A stretch of 64,000 bases of DNA from Histomonas meleagridis 2922-C6/04-290x. Taxonomy: Eukaryota > Protista > Parabasalia. The notes under the pieces were generated by a model that saw nothing but the letters and a program-made list of their open reading frames with translations, ran no database searches and was not told where the DNA came from. Shown here piece after piece: positions 34,970 through 46,932 of this stretch (positions are counted from its first letter, which is position 1; the number at the start of each line of letters is the position of its first letter). The translations under genes were made by a program, and so were the position numbers. Where the stretch lies: assembly GCA_020184695.1 (NCBI GenBank), contig JAANOX010000075.1, forward strand, positions 1 to 64,000, in the 5' to 3' direction.

Positions 34970-36669
34970 GTATCTATAATAATAAAAATATTATTAAGAT
35001 AAGTTTTCAAAATATCTATTAATAGATTTTTTTCTTCTTCAATTAAAATGCCATTTTTAATGTATTTGATAAAATTTTTACTAATTATGAACCATCTTAA
35101 AGGAATAACAATTAATAAGAATTTTGGCTTTATAACTTCCATAAATTGTAGCCATTCAATTGATTCTTTTAATGAAGATTTTATAATTAACCATAAAATT
35201 GCTTTGACATCACCATTTGTTGCTTTGTTAGTATATAAAATTATATCATTAAATTTTAAATTATTATAATTATTTGAAATTTTTAGAAGCTTGTTAACAA
35301 TTTTATTGTTAGTTTTATTATTATTTTCAATATTTATCCATTTAGATGGCATTAAGCCCATATCGAGCATTTTAAGAAAAGCATGTTGGGAATTATTTTC
35401 TACATATTTATTAAAAAATATTGACCATGGACCTTTATTAATTATTTGATATAACATTAAAATTGAAGCATTACAATTAATTTGAACACCATCACCATTA
35501 AATAATAGTTTTGCGATGTTAAACATTGAAGGTAAAAAGCCTTTTATTGCTGCTTTTTTAAATAACATATATGCTTCTTTATTGTTTTTTTGATGATTGT
35601 AAAAACCAAAGTAAAATGATTCAGCTAACCTATTTATTGCTGGTGCATAACCATTATTTGCTGAAATTTTAAGATATTTTTTTGATTTATAAATTTGTTT
35701 GATTATAAAATTTTTGTTTCGAATGTTATCATTTTTAATACTATTTAAATTCATCATAATAATTTCAGAAGCAATAAAAAGTGAATCAGGATCCTTAATT
35801 TTGATTGCTGAATGAAGTAATGAAAGGAAGTGTGTAAAATTCTGTGAACCTTGTAACAAATAAATTCTAACCATTGCTGAAGATGATTGGATGTAACCCA
35901 TTTTATAAGATTTTTTGAATTTTAAAAATGCAGATTTATACTCTCTATTTGAAGGATAGAAAGTTGAAATTTCATGTAAACCTAATTTATATAACGATTT
36001 AGCTGAAGTTGAATTTATTAATTTTTGGATTTTTATTTCATTTAATATTTTTGAATTTGGAAAAACATTCATTTCAATTGTTAAATTGGCAATATCAAAT
36101 AAAGATTGTATTGATGTTGGACATGATAATGGGCGTAAAAATCCTTTAAAGTGTTGATATGATTTTGATAATAGTACTTCAATAGAATTATTCACCATAT
36201 CTGATTCAACTAGAGATAAAGGTAAGTCAATATTATTATAATATTTATGATAAAATGATAATGGAATTAGTGCATATTTGTTACCATATTTTAATGCTTT
36301 TTGATAATATTTGATTGCCTTTATTTGATTTTCATTTATTCCATACGAACCATATTCGTAAATCCTTCCTAAAATTAAACAAGCTTGATTATTATTATTT
36401 TTGCATCCTTTATATAATTCTTGAAATGATTTTGTTATATTAATTTTAAGATTCAAATTATTAATAATTTTATACCCTAAAAAATTAGAATTTTTATTTA
36501 ATGATAAACTTAAAAAATCACAAATAATATTTTCTGTTTTATTTTTGACTTTCATTTGAATTATCCCGAATATTGGAGGAACTGGCAAATAATTGGAATT
36601 ATTCATATGTAAGCCTTTTTTCCATGGAGCATTTGATTTCCATATTGCTAATAAATTTATTAATATCAT
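34915..36669 (-). CDS. SEL1-repeat (Hrd3/SEL1L-like) membrane protein
   Basis: Signal-like N-terminus; SEL1 repeats (ACLILGRIYEYG...KAIKYYQKA; AINRLAESFYFG...EAYMLFKKAA; SMFNIAKLLFNGDGVQINC); C-terminal TM. Very AT-rich. Confidence 0.75.
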   Translation of the reverse strand: MILINLLAIWKSNAPWKKGLHMNNSNYLPVPPIFGIIQMKVKNKTENIICDFLSLSLNKNSNFLGYKIINNLNLKINITKSFQELYKGCKNNNNQACLILGRIYEYGSYGINENQIKAIKYYQKALKYGNKYALIPLSFYHKYYNNIDLPLSLVESDMVNNSIEVLLSKSYQHFKGFLRPLSCPTSIQSLFDIANLTIEMNVFPNSKILNEIKIQKLINSTSAKSLYKLGLHEISTFYPSNREYKSAFLKFKKSYKMGYIQSSSAMVRIYLLQGSQNFTHFLSLLHSAIKIKDPDSLFIASEIIMMNLNSIKNDNIRNKNFIIKQIYKSKKYLKISANNGYAPAINRLAESFYFGFYNHQKNNKEAYMLFKKAAIKGFLPSMFNIAKLLFNGDGVQINCNASILMLYQIINKGPWSIFFNKYVENNSQHAFLKMLDMGLMPSKWINIENNNKTNNKIVNKLLKISNNYNNLKFNDIILYTNKATNGDVKAILWLIIKSSLKESIEWLQFMEVIKPKFLLIVIPLRWFIISKNFIKYIKNGILIEEEKNLLIDILKTYLNNIFIIIDTICLIILVIIRFNLILYN

Positions 36670-37420
36670 TTTATTTTAAGTTTTTTCTTTATAATTATAA
36701 TTACTTTTATTTTTTATTTGGTCAATAGTTTTATTTTTATATAATTAAACAAAATTTTAAACTACAGCTGAAAACAAAAAACAAACAATTTTAAACTAAT
36801 TCTCTTTGAATTCAAAAATTGATCCCCCTCTCGAAGATACATATTTAACTAAAACAACTCAAAAATTACTTAATTCTTAGTATTCATAAAATGAGTTTTC
36901 AATGTTTTTCCAATAAAACTTAATTCTGTGAGGTTTCTTTATTTTTCAGATATAAATAATATTAATTATATATTTATTAAATATTACAAAATATATTTAT
37001 AGAGAAAACAATCAGCGATATTGAAATATCTTTCAGATTTTAATTGAAATTGTCTTTTTCAATCAAATTTTGAGCTGCTTTAAGATCACCATCATGACAT
37101 GCTATCGTGGGTAGTTTTTGGATTGTCAAGATGTTGCTGGGCTTTTGTTCCAGCCACGTGGCTCAAAAAGTCATATCGTATATCTATCGTAAAAAGTGGG
37201 TGTTTATGTAAAATATATGAATACTTTACATATATGTAAAGTTAACAAAATTTGTAACTTTTTGATACTTTTACGTGGTTGTAAAATTGATGTAAACGGT
37301 TGTATTGAATATAAAATTTTACAACGCCTGCCAAAATCATTTCTTTGAAATTTTTTCGAACGATCATTTTTACCTTAAAATATCCATCGTGCTCTATCGT
37401 AAATAACGTATTTTTCCCGG

Positions 37421-38176
37421 ATGTATCGTTCAGTTCATATTAACCATCTTAAGATGGTGCCAAACCCACTCAATCATTTGTGTATGAACATTCAAACCGT
37501 TGGAGTTGTAAAGTACTTATTCCATCAAAAAACGTTCGTTTCAAAGAGAGCAGGGTTTTATTTTATTGGTGATAAAACGGTTGGGAAGACAACAATATGC
37601 CATGCGTGTATGTACAAATCAGAGAAAGATCTTCTCATGTTACCAAAAGAAACAATTTTTGGTGGAAACAATTATGTGACTAATATTACTGATGACAAAA
37701 GTAATGTTATAAGTCTTTTTGTAGGAGAAGTGTGCGGATGTGTGCCTTACGATATCCGAGAATTAACATATTTTGCATATTCGCCAAAATCAACATCAAT
37801 ATGTTTTGTTTGTTATAGTGTTGTTGATCAAACTTCGTTTTTAAATGTAACGAATCTTTGGGTAAAAGAAATTAAACAACATGAGCCTAATCCGAAAATA
37901 ATCCTTGTAGGTACTAAAACAGATCTCCGTGAAGATGAAGAGACTCTTGATGAGCTCTTTAAAAATGGGGAAAGTCCAATTACCACAAAACAAGGAAAAG
38001 TTTTCGCAGCAACAATTGGCGCAATTGATTATTTTGAATGCACAGCCACAAACATTGAAACCATTAAAAGAATATACAATAAGGGGCTTGATTTAATTTT
38101 TAATGCTAACGATGATAAGATTCCAAAAGATGATAACCCACCTGTTAATGACTCGGGTTTTTGTTCAATTCAATAA
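37421..38176 (+). CDS. Divergent Rho/Rac-family small GTPase
   Basis: P-loop GDKTVGKTT; CYSVVDQTSFLNV; LVGTKTDLR; YFECTA; C-terminal CSIQ (CaaX-like). True start may be downstream of 37421. Confidence 0.8.
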   Translation: MYRSVHINHLKMVPNPLNHLCMNIQTVGVVKYLFHQKTFVSKRAGFYFIGDKTVGKTTICHACMYKSEKDLLMLPKETIFGGNNYVTNITDDKSNVISLFVGEVCGCVPYDIRELTYFAYSPKSTSICFVCYSVVDQTSFLNVTNLWVKEIKQHEPNPKIILVGTKTDLREDEETLDELFKNGESPITTKQGKVFAATIGAIDYFECTATNIETIKRIYNKGLDLIFNANDDKIPKDDNPPVNDSGFCSIQ

Positions 38177-38887
38177 ATTTTATTGTTGGCAAATGCACTT
38201 TTTCCCAGAAATTTTTAAGGGAATTCCGTTTTTTGCTACAGACAAACCTTGTCAATTTTAGATGTCATTTTGCTGTAATTAAATTTGTTAGATAAAAAAT
38301 AGATGGAGCAAAATGTCAGATTTTAATGAAAAAATTATCATATGAGATGATAACAAAATCATATAAATCACCGATCTTTAGAATTTCTTTACATTTTTTG
38401 AGTTTCAAATTCTGATGAATGCAGTTAAGAAAAAAAAATTTATAAATATCATATGCTGGCAAAGAAAAAGAATCAAAGATTTATGAATAAATAAAACATT
38501 ATAATATATTTAAATCCACATATATGTTGAAAGAATAACAGCAAAATAATATTGGATGGGAAAAGACACTGTCAACCAACTTTCCCTCTTATAGATTACT
38601 TTTTGATTTTAAATTATTTGTAATGCATTTAATATTTTTCAGATATCAACACATAAGGAAGTAGACAAATTTTTATTAATATAAAATAATTTTTTAAAAA
38701 ATCCCTATGAATTTAGTCACTTTCCTTTAAATTTGTGTACGATACAATATACAAACGGTCACCTAAGCAACCGTCTGCTTTTCGACTTTTTTCAATTCTT
38801 TAGTTCCGTACCCAGCACTTTTAAATAACGTTTTTGAAAGTACCACACCACAAAACAAACATAGTCAAAAATAGATTATCGTTGCCA

Positions 38888-38921
38888 TCGGTTACGAGCG
38901 GTTTGGTCGTCCTTTTACATA
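38888..38921 (+). promoter_or_regulatory. M3-like and M5 (CCTTT) core-promoter motifs upstream of uL15
   Basis: AGCGGTTT at 38897-38904 and CCTTTT at 38911-38916, just before ATG 38922; M5 is known from trichomonad ribosomal-protein promoters. Confidence 0.55.
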
Positions 38922-39371
38922 ATGCCAACCCGTTTTAAGAAGTCAAGGAAGCTTCGTGGTCAAGAATCTATGGGTTACGGTCGTGTTGGAAAACACAGGA
39001 AGTCTCCAGGAGGTTGTGGTAATGCCGGCGGTCAACATCATCAAAGAACATGGTTCGATCGTTATCACCCAGGATACTTTGGTAAAGTTGGTATGCGCCG
39101 TCTTCATGTGTTCAAATGTCGCGAATGGGAACCAATAATAAACATTGATAAGCTTTGGACATTAGTTCCAGAAGAAGTTCGCAGTCAAGCTGCCTCTAAG
39201 AAAGAAGGTGAAGCAGTTCCAGTAATTGATTGCGTAGCTAATGGATATTTCAAAGTTGTTGGGCGTGGCGAACTCCCACAAATTCCATTAATCGTTCGTG
39301 CAAAGGATTTCTCAAAATCTGCTGAAGCTAAAATCAAGGCTGCTGGTGGTGCTTGTGAAAAGGTTAAATAA
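38922..39371 (+). CDS. RPL27A: 60S ribosomal protein L27a (uL15)
   Basis: [13 protein letters not shown]...[23 protein letters not shown]...[12 protein letters not shown]...KIKAAGGAC. Confidence 0.97.
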   Translation: MPTRFKKSRKLRGQESMGYGRVGKHRKSPGGCGNAGGQHHQRTWFDRYHPGYFGKVGMRRLHVFKCREWEPIINIDKLWTLVPEEVRSQAASKKEGEAVPVIDCVANGYFKVVGRGELPQIPLIVRAKDFSKSAEAKIKAAGGACEKVK

Positions 39372-39778
39372 ACATTGCAATTTTTGCTCATCAATTCCAA
39401 ATTAATTTTTATTCACAATTCTTCAAATTAATTCACGTTATCTAATTGTCAATTGTTCTTGCTAAAGGATAAATACGTTGCTTTTAGTTAACACTCGTTT
39501 CGAGAAACCAAAAATTCCGGTGCATATATCGTTGTTTGAAAAAGTTCACCTTTTTGTATACCTTGTTTTTTTCAACATCAAACGATTGGCAAGACAACAT
39601 TGTAACGCTTAAATAAATTCGTATTTTTGGATATTCATGCAAAGGACAATTTCTTGTAAAGCGAATTTTAAAATGGAATGTTGGATATTTTTGGTTTCTT
39701 CAAGAGTTGTTTTGATTCTTGGAAAAACCAACACACAAATTTCAGAAATAACCGAAAAAATCCACTCAAAATACCATT

Positions 39779-40183
39779 ATGGGCTGTTGCTCATCTAGCT
39801 CCCTTAAATATGAGCAAGCTGGAAAACATGCAACACTCCGATCCACCAGCTCCTCTTCGCTCCTGCTGTCAAGCCCTGAATGGACATATTTGTCTAAAGA
39901 TGAAATGGCTCAATTGCTGAATAAAATAAATTTAGTACCATTTCCAGAAAAGAGAATGAAGGTATTATTATCAGTCAAATCAAGGCTCCTAACATATGAC
40001 GATTTTTGCTCTATTTTAGCACTAATTCCAACTGATGAAGAAAAATTTGTTGTCCTTCAAATGCTTTTTGGAAACGTATCTTCAAATGATCAAGAAATAT
40101 CCAATGTTGTTAACTACTTTCAGTCACCAACCGTCAAACAAGAAGTCACTCAATTTATTTCAAGTCGTCATGGTCCGAATTAA
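39779..40183 (+). CDS. Small acylated protein with DUF4476-like helical domain
   Basis: MGCCSSS myristoylation/palmitoylation motif; helical pattern EKRMKVL...DEEKFVVLQML...VNYFQSPTVKQEV resembles DUF4476. Confidence 0.6.
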   Translation: MGCCSSSSLKYEQAGKHATLRSTSSSSLLLSSPEWTYLSKDEMAQLLNKINLVPFPEKRMKVLLSVKSRLLTYDDFCSILALIPTDEEKFVVLQMLFGNVSSNDQEISNVVNYFQSPTVKQEVTQFISSRHGPN

Positions 40184-40669
40184 ACATAAATCAGGACCAA
40201 AGCATTTGTTGTTTACACTTTGATGCAACTTTTTTGCGGCCTGAATCTTCATTTAAATGTTTGTTATTTTCATAAATCCTCAATATCAAATTTTAATCTT
40301 TTTGAATAAACAAAAGAAGGTATTATGTGGTATATTTAACAACAATAAAATAAGAGGGGAAAATGTATTAAAGCTGTGTTGCTTTTGGAAAAGATCGGAA
40401 TGCCTTGCCGATCATCAGCCAATTTCTATCAATAACGATCGTTTTCTTTCAATTTTTGAATTAAAAGCTGTAAAATTTGCAACAAAAAGAGAAAGAATTT
40501 TCGGTTAATTTTCAATGTTTAGAAATTTCTCAGTAAAATTTGAACAATTTTTTTATGTCCATTAATAGATGCCCAAATAAGTGGAGTAAAATATATTGAA
40601 AATACTTTCCAAATTTTCTTTTAAATCACAAAATTGTTATATGAAATATTAATTAATACATTGAAACAT

Positions 40670-41770
40670 CTTTTATATTTATATTAATATACTTTTTTGC
40701 TTTAGTAGTACTTTAACTATTTCCAAATTACCTTTCTCTGATGCCCATATTAGTGATGACTTAATTATTTAATTTATATATGTAATATTGAATAATATCA
40801 CAAAAATATTTTTTTAGATTCGATATTATTTAATTTGATATCTTGTGAATTAATATCAATTTCTTTTTGTTCAAGAAGGATTTTTACTATTTCAATATAT
40901 CCTTCTTCAGTTGGTAATATTAGTGCTGTTTTAATAAATTAATTTAAGCTCCATATTTTTTTGTGTTACTTCAAAACAATATTTGAAATATTTTACATTA
41001 CAATTAAACATTTTTCACATTAATATCAGTTCCTTTTTGTTCAAGAAGTAATTTAACCATTGCTATATTACCTTTTCCAGTTGCTTTCATAAGTGCTGTC
41101 CAAAATATTTTAAATAATTTCCAAATATTATTTTGAAATAAGAAATTCTGAATACTAATATTATATAAAATAATGAAATATTTTTGGCATTAATATCAAT
41201 TCCTTTTTGTTTAAGAAGCATTGTGGCTACATCTGTGAGTTTATTATTAGATGCACATATTAATGCTGTTTCAAATATTTTAAGCAATTACCGAATAAAA
41301 CTTTGAAATCCAAAATTATTCAAATAAATAATAAAGAAAAAGAATAAATATTTTTAGCATTAATATCAATACCTTTTTGTTCAAGAAGCAAACAAACTGT
41401 TTGTATGCAATCATAGCCAGATGCTAAGATAAGTGCTGTTTCAAATAATGTATATAATTTTCACATATTTTTTTTGAAATATTATAACAATTAGAATTAA
41501 CACACAATAAAACAAATGAAAATTTTTAGTATTGATATCAATTCCTTCATGTCCAAGAAGGAGTCTAACGATATTTGTCATTGTAAGTGAATTTAAAAGT
41601 GCTGTTTGAAATATTTAAAATAAATTTTAAATATTATTTTTATGCTTGAAATTATTTAAACTTTACCAAAATAAAAAAAATCAATGATTTTCTTTAGTAT
41701 TAACATCAATTCCTTCTTGTTCAAGAAGTAATTTAACTATTTCTGTATGACGTCTTTTTGAAGCATTGAT
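40670..41770 (-). repeat. Ankyrin array 1: 7 ankyrin segments separated by 6 inserts (84, 82, 80, 80, 80, 80 nt)
   Basis: Inserts at 41606..41689, 41440..41521, 41270..41349, 41100..41179, 40930..41009 and 40760..40839; T-position codons recur every 170 nt (41439, 41269, 41099, 40929, 40759). Confidence 0.9.
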
Positions 41771-42200
41771 ACTGATTGAATGGTTGTAAAATAACATTTT
41801 GAGAGGTACAAACCGTTGTCAGAAAATGATAATCTATCACTGACTATTCAAGAAATGAATTCCAGGATGGTGAGTACCTTCTATGCAATTTAGAGGGGTT
41901 GCGGCAAAAGGTCTTCGGCCTCTTCTGCAGCAATTCCTTTGTTTTTTTCGCAGATTATAGGGCTGCAATGATAAAATCTTAGCAGGATTTAAACCTATGC
42001 ATCGTAACGGTTTTTGAATGACTTTTAATCCAATACGATTAATTTCTACATAAAAAGCCAAAATGTCTTTTCGAAAAGACGATAAGTATTCAATCTGTTC
42101 CTTGGAGTAAAGCTTGGATGGAGTTTTCCTTTTTCCAAAAAAATTAAAAAGGGAATTATACCTATAAATTGATCTTTTCCTATGCGTCTTCTAATATTCA
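41770..42200 (-). pseudogene. Relic of an unrelated ORF fused to the 5' end of ankyrin array 1
   Basis: GC-richer coding-like stretch (PSKLYSKEQIEYLSSFRKDIL...PLNCIEGTHHPGIHFL, then a shift to SDRLSFSDNGLYLSK) abutting the first ankyrin segment; stops upstream. Confidence 0.4.
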
Positions 42201-42660
42201 TTTTTACTATAGTAATAAATTTATCATATATTGAGATTTTGTGGAATTTTTATTATGATTTTGCCTCTGTATTTTCTCAAAAATTGCCCCAGAAATTTTA
42301 TTTAGGATTCACAATTAGACTTTGAACGATTAGGCCTATCAAATATATTGGTTGTAACTGGAATTTAATGTCTATTTTTGATAGTTTTTCTTTCAAAAGC
42401 TTTCCTTGATGACAAGCAAAATCACTTTCTTTTGATCATTTTTTTTTTTCTGTGTTTCAACAATATAAACGAGGGAATTTTCTGACACTTTTCAATAAAA
42501 ATATTACGTTTCAGCTTTGCAAACAGCTTCCGATTGCAGTAACAATAAAACATGTTTCAACGAAAGTTATACAAATGAATTGACGGAAAGACGGCGCGGT
42601 TGAATTTCTCTGTATCGTTTTTGACTGATTTATTAGCAAGTTTCCCAACTTTTATCGCAA

Positions 42661-44328
42661 ATGTGTTCTTTCTTCTTGATTTTACCCATGCATTTCTTTT
42701 GCTTATTACAAATCTCTCCAAAAAATTCAGGTTCAAAGATTTTTAGTGATCAATTATCCATTTCTCAAACCTTCAAACACTCCCCTTACCTTACTTTAGA
42801 TTCCAAATGGCATAAATATTTAACACACTTAGCCTATAACAAAGAGAGTGTATCCATTAAAGTCACAAATTTTATTATGCAAACAGCGAATGAATCAAAT
42901 ACATTTAATATCATCACAGAAGAATATCAGCATCATTCCCATTTATTAAAGTTACCTATATTATTTGTTAAACATGATTTCAAATTCTTTTCTTTGGTAT
43001 TTAATCATTTTCCATTAAAAGCTTATTTACCAATTTCAATGAATAATAATTTCATGAAGAAAATGTTCAAATTCAATGAAACTGCTCAAGTTCTAATGTA
43101 TAACTTTTTTATTTTGGTATTTTTTTTATTTTATGAAATCAAATTTTTAATTAATAAAATGAAAACAAATGGAAAGAAAAAACAGAAAAATGTTTTGGTT
43201 TTTGTTATATTTTTCACAAATTCTTATGAAATATTTCATAAAGATAATTCAACACTTTCAATCACAAATTCAAATGATTTTATTGATATTAAACAATATC
43301 AAAATAGCACAAAATTTATAAATATCAGTGAAAATATTTATTCAATTCCAGACAGTTCATTTTCAGGATGGCCTTCAGTTGTTTCAGTTAATTTTGGTAA
43401 CTCAGTCACAAATATTGGAAGTTATGCATTTTCGTCATGTTCTAATTTAGTTACGATTATATTTGGAGAAAATGTTACAACAATTGGTGATTCAGCATTT
43501 TCATTGTGTTCATCAATCAAAAACATTACAATTCCAAATTCAGTTACAACAATTGGCAGTTATACATTTGCATTATGTTCTAATTTAATGATATTAATTC
43601 TTGGATATGGAATAAGAGATATTGGAGGTTCAGCATTTGGGAATTGTTATCAACTTCGATGCATATATTATTATGGAGATTCAGAACCAAATATTGGTGA
43701 AGGTGCATTTTTTAATGTTTCAACAAGTGTTATCGCATATTCAACATATGTCGAGGATCATTTTGGACAATTAGATGTTGTTAGCGAATCCACAGAAGGA
43801 ACATGCGAACCACTTCCAACACATTCATTTAGTCAATCAAATACATTTACTTCATCACTTCAAAGTGATATTTCATTATCATTTTCATATACACTAACAA
43901 TTACATTATCAATTACACATTCATTAACTATTTATGAAACAAAAACGAAAACATTTTCGTTATATATAAATAATTCGACATTTTCATATATTGAAACAGA
44001 ATTTATTTATTACAGTTATACGATTGTTATTTATTCGACTTATTATAATTATTATTCCAATTTCTTTACAATGTTTCATACTTCCGATGAAAATTCGCCA
44101 AATGGAATTACGACAAATGCTTTGATTGGAATTATTTGCGGATCATTTGCATTTGTTTTGATCATTGTTGGAATTGTTATATTTTTAGTGAGAAGTAATA
44201 ATAAGAAAGAAAAATCGAAATCAAAGTTACAATTTAAGGACACGACGACATCAAGTACAAAGCAAATCGAAGAAGTAAATAGTTTAGTTGAAGAAATTGT
44301 GAAAGAAGATGAAGACAATTGGCTATGA
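42661..44328 (+). CDS. BspA/TpLRR-like surface protein, copy 1
   Basis: TpLRR repeats (FGNSVTNIGSYAFSSCSNL; IPNSVTTIGSYTFALCSNL), Ser/Thr stalk, TM helix, tail ending EDEDNWL. Confidence 0.85.
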   Translation: MCSFFLILPMHFFCLLQISPKNSGSKIFSDQLSISQTFKHSPYLTLDSKWHKYLTHLAYNKESVSIKVTNFIMQTANESNTFNIITEEYQHHSHLLKLPILFVKHDFKFFSLVFNHFPLKAYLPISMNNNFMKKMFKFNETAQVLMYNFFILVFFLFYEIKFLINKMKTNGKKKQKNVLVFVIFFTNSYEIFHKDNSTLSITNSNDFIDIKQYQNSTKFINISENIYSIPDSSFSGWPSVVSVNFGNSVTNIGSYAFSSCSNLVTIIFGENVTTIGDSAFSLCSSIKNITIPNSVTTIGSYTFALCSNLMILILGYGIRDIGGSAFGNCYQLRCIYYYGDSEPNIGEGAFFNVSTSVIAYSTYVEDHFGQLDVVSESTEGTCEPLPTHSFSQSNTFTSSLQSDISLSFSYTLTITLSITHSLTIYETKTKTFSLYINNSTFSYIETEFIYYSYTIVIYSTYYNYYSNFFTMFHTSDENSPNGITTNALIGIICGSFAFVLIIVGIVIFLVRSNNKKEKSKSKLQFKDTTTSSTKQIEEVNSLVEEIVKEDEDNWL

Positions 44329-46646
44329 ATAAAATGTGTAATAATGAACATTTTTTAAATTTAATTTTTATAAACTAATACAAAATTTTTTTGTTGCTAC
44401 ATAAAATAAAATGAAATCATATTAACGATATTATCATTTTGACTTTTTAATGTTTTTCATTAAATTGTTTTAATAAGAAATTTTGAATTTAGAAGATGTA
44501 TAACTGTCTTTAAATATAACAAGGTAATATTGTTCGAACACCGATTAGATTTGAATTATGATTACATTTACATTAAATGTTAGCACTTTTTGAATGAAAT
44601 TTGATGAATTTTATCCGGATTGATATATCTTATAATCAGGAAATATTTCTTTTTTTGAAGATACATTACAGGATTATGTACATCAAGCTTATTCTATAAA
44701 ATAATAGACTTAATATCTAATAATAAAAGAATAACCAATGTATTAAAAAAGTATAAATTTCAATAATGACAAAAACGATATAAATAGATAAAAGACATAT
44801 CAAATTAAAGCATAAATACAGCTCTATTATAACATACGTTCATTATGTTATTTAAAAGTGTATTCATAATGTTTTAAAGTCGTTCCTTTGATTGTCATTC
44901 TAAAATGTTAATTCAAATATTTCTAAGTTGATTACAAAAACTATAATTATACAACAGGGCTTTTAACGTGTAACCGTGAGAATTTAAACTTTTGAGATAG
45001 CCGATGTATATCTGGTGAAGGTCTATAAGTATATTACAAGCTGAAACATGAGAACCTTCATTTTGTCCATCATTTTGCTAATGACGAAGCGATTCAGAAC
45101 TGATATAAAGCTCATTACACCTTATGCTATCCAAAAAGAAATACTACAAATACAAAAAGACAAAAGCAAGGAAGGAATGATTTACCAATGTGATAGAGGA
45201 GTTTTAAATAATGAAATTATGATCAAAAAATTTAAAAGATTTCACAATAATTATTATAAAGTTTTGATCAGAGACTTATATTTAAATTCAAGGCTTAACA
45301 ACAAATATACAGCAATGACACATCATGATTTTAATGACAAACAAAATTTTCAAAAAACATATTTTTCAAGCATATTGAAAAAAGACTTTGAAATCAAGAT
45401 ATTTGTCGATAACGGCATACTTGATGATACTATGAACAAATGTTATGAAGATATACCTTTTATAAAACGTGAATTTTCACATTTTTTGATGATGCGAAAC
45501 GACAACAAAGAAGGACCAAATATTTTCAATGTTTTACTTCATTTAACCTTCATTTTTTCAATAATATTTTCGGTTATTTATATCAAATTTTATCAGAAAA
45601 ACACAATTTCAGTTCAGAAAATATTAACGACCAAATATATATTGAAAGCAAAAGAAAATATTTTCATTTCAATTTTTGTTATATTTTTCACAAATTCTTA
45701 TGAAATATTTCATAAAGATAATTCAACACTTTCAATCACAAATTCAAATGATTTTATTGGTATTAAACAATATCAAAATAGCACAAAATTTATAAATATC
45801 AGTGAAAATATTTATTCAATTCCAGACAGTTCATTTTCAGGATGGCCTTCAGTTGTTTCAGTTAATTTTGGTAACTCAGTCACAAATATTGGAAGTTATG
45901 CATTTTTCGTCATGTTCTAATTTAGTTACGATTATTTTGGGAGAAAATGTTAAAACAATTGGTGTTTCAGCATTTTCATTGTGTTCATCAATCAAAAACA
46001 TTACAATTCCAAATTCAGTTACAACAATTGGCAGTTATACATTTGCATTATGTTCTAATTTAATGATATTAATTCTTGGATATGGAATAAGAGATATTGG
46101 AGGTTCAGCATTTGGGAATTGTTATCAACTTCGATGCATATATTATTATGGAGATTCAGAACCAAATATTGGTGAAGGTGCATTTTTTAATGTTTCAACA
46201 AGTGTTATCGCATATTCAACATATGTCGAGGATCATTTTGGACAATTAGATGTTGTTAGCGAATCCACAGAAGGAACATGCGAACCACTTCCAACACATT
46301 CATTTAGTCAATCAAATACATTTACAAAATCAAATCCATATACACACTCAGATTTAAGATCATTCTCAGAATTATATTCATTTTGTCAGTCAAAAACATT
46401 TTCTAATTCGAATACATTTACTGAATTACTTCAAAGTGATATTTCATTATCATTTTCATATACATTAACAATTACATTATCAATTACACATTCATTAACT
46501 GTTTATGAAACACAAACGAAAACATTTTCGTTATATATAAATAATTCGATATTTTCATATATTGAAACAGAATTTATTTATTACAATTACACGATTGTTA
46601 TTTATTCGACTTATTATAATTATTATTCCAATTTCTTTACAATGTT
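43199..46646 (+). repeat. Near-identical direct duplication: 43199..44076 vs 45673..46646
   Basis: The offset is 2474, then 2475 after the T insertion, then 2571 after a 96-nt in-frame addition in the copy 2 stalk; only scattered substitutions. Confidence 0.9.
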
Positions 46647-46932
46647 TTACACTAATGATAATGATAACAACAATCAAAACAATGATAATAAAACAACAAT
46701 TATTATCATTTCAGTTTGTGTAATTGTTATAGTAATAGTTATTATCATATTATTAATTATATTATTGAAACATATTCGAAATAAAAAAGAAGAAATTTAT
46801 GAAAATGATAAATCAGAAGAAAATGAAAACGAAACGACGAATACTTTTACGACGGGAATAAGTAACATAAATATTGAAGAAGATCCATTTGCTGAAGATT
46901 TTCAAGAAGAAAAATTTATTGAACAAATTTAA
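45048..46932 (+). CDS. BspA/TpLRR-like surface protein, copy 2 (1-nt frameshift at 45903-45907)
   Basis: Same LRR cassette as copy 1, with T5 where copy 1 has T4 (43429-43432); different N-terminus, TM helix and tail (EEDPFAEDFQEEKFIEQI). Confidence 0.8.

Noticed and set aside
42065-42080. Perfect 16-bp palindrome GTCTTTTCGAAAAGAC
   Set aside because: It lies inside a coding relic, has no second copy and no flanking structure; likely chance.
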